Positions 63,886 through 64,000 of a stretch of 64,000 nt of DNA are shown piece by piece. The notes under the pieces were generated by a model that was not told the origin of the DNA, searched no databases, and worked only from the letters and a program-made list of their open reading frames with translations. This DNA comes from Balanoglossus misakiensis (lineage: Eukaryota > Animalia > Hemichordata), in assembly GCA_040954595.2 (NCBI GenBank), contig CM082593.2, forward strand, positions 11,297,477 through 11,361,476, read 5' to 3'. The translations under genes and the position numbers were made by a program. Numbering within the stretch: the stretch's first letter is position 1; each line of letters begins with the position of its first letter.

Positions 63886-64000
63886 TATGAATCAGTGACA
63901 CATACATCGAATTCTACAAAGAGACGTAAACTGACCATAACTGATGGCACAAGAGATGCTTAAGTCAACCTTTGGGGTGAGAAAACAGCGCTGCCACTGG
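63886..64000 (+). pseudogene. OB-fold gene copy C, next exon with in-frame stop, runs off the window
   Basis: ctacag acceptor, YESVTHTSNSTKRRKLTITDGTRDA*VNLWGEKTALPL; matches the RPA-type KR.L.I.D.T....V.LWGE pattern. Confidence 0.6.

Overview
AT-rich, intron-containing, repeat-dense animal genomic DNA, probably a marine invertebrate (inferred from the repeat types and gene structure; the species cannot be determined). Main content: (1) a 14-exon 3' part of a minus-strand gene (34078-42574) for a type-I membrane protein (pentraxin/LamG, HYR, sushi-like, furin-site linker, 4 Ephrin_rec_like/GCC repeats, 2 EGF, TM, NPxY tail) carrying a nonsense codon, a frameshift and broken splice sites, so probably a recent pseudogene or null allele. 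(2) Two giant, old, imperfect palindromes (about 232-23710 and about 43445-61182) plus a third head-to-head pair. Their arms contain nested inverted repeats and arm-specific transposon insertions whose empty sites can be read in the opposite arm. (3) Three rearranged copies of an intron-containing gene for a tandem OB-fold (RPA/SSB-like) protein, whose main exon occurs in both orientations and in one copy is flanked by inverted intron copies. (4) A deleted Ngaro/PAT-type YR retrotransposon with split direct repeats, LINE RT fragments, Helentron-associated elements, several MITEs, three satellites, and two tRNA-like cloverleaves with an extended anticodon arm. All alignments, identities and domain calls were made by eye without tools. 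Boundaries of long repeats are approximate.
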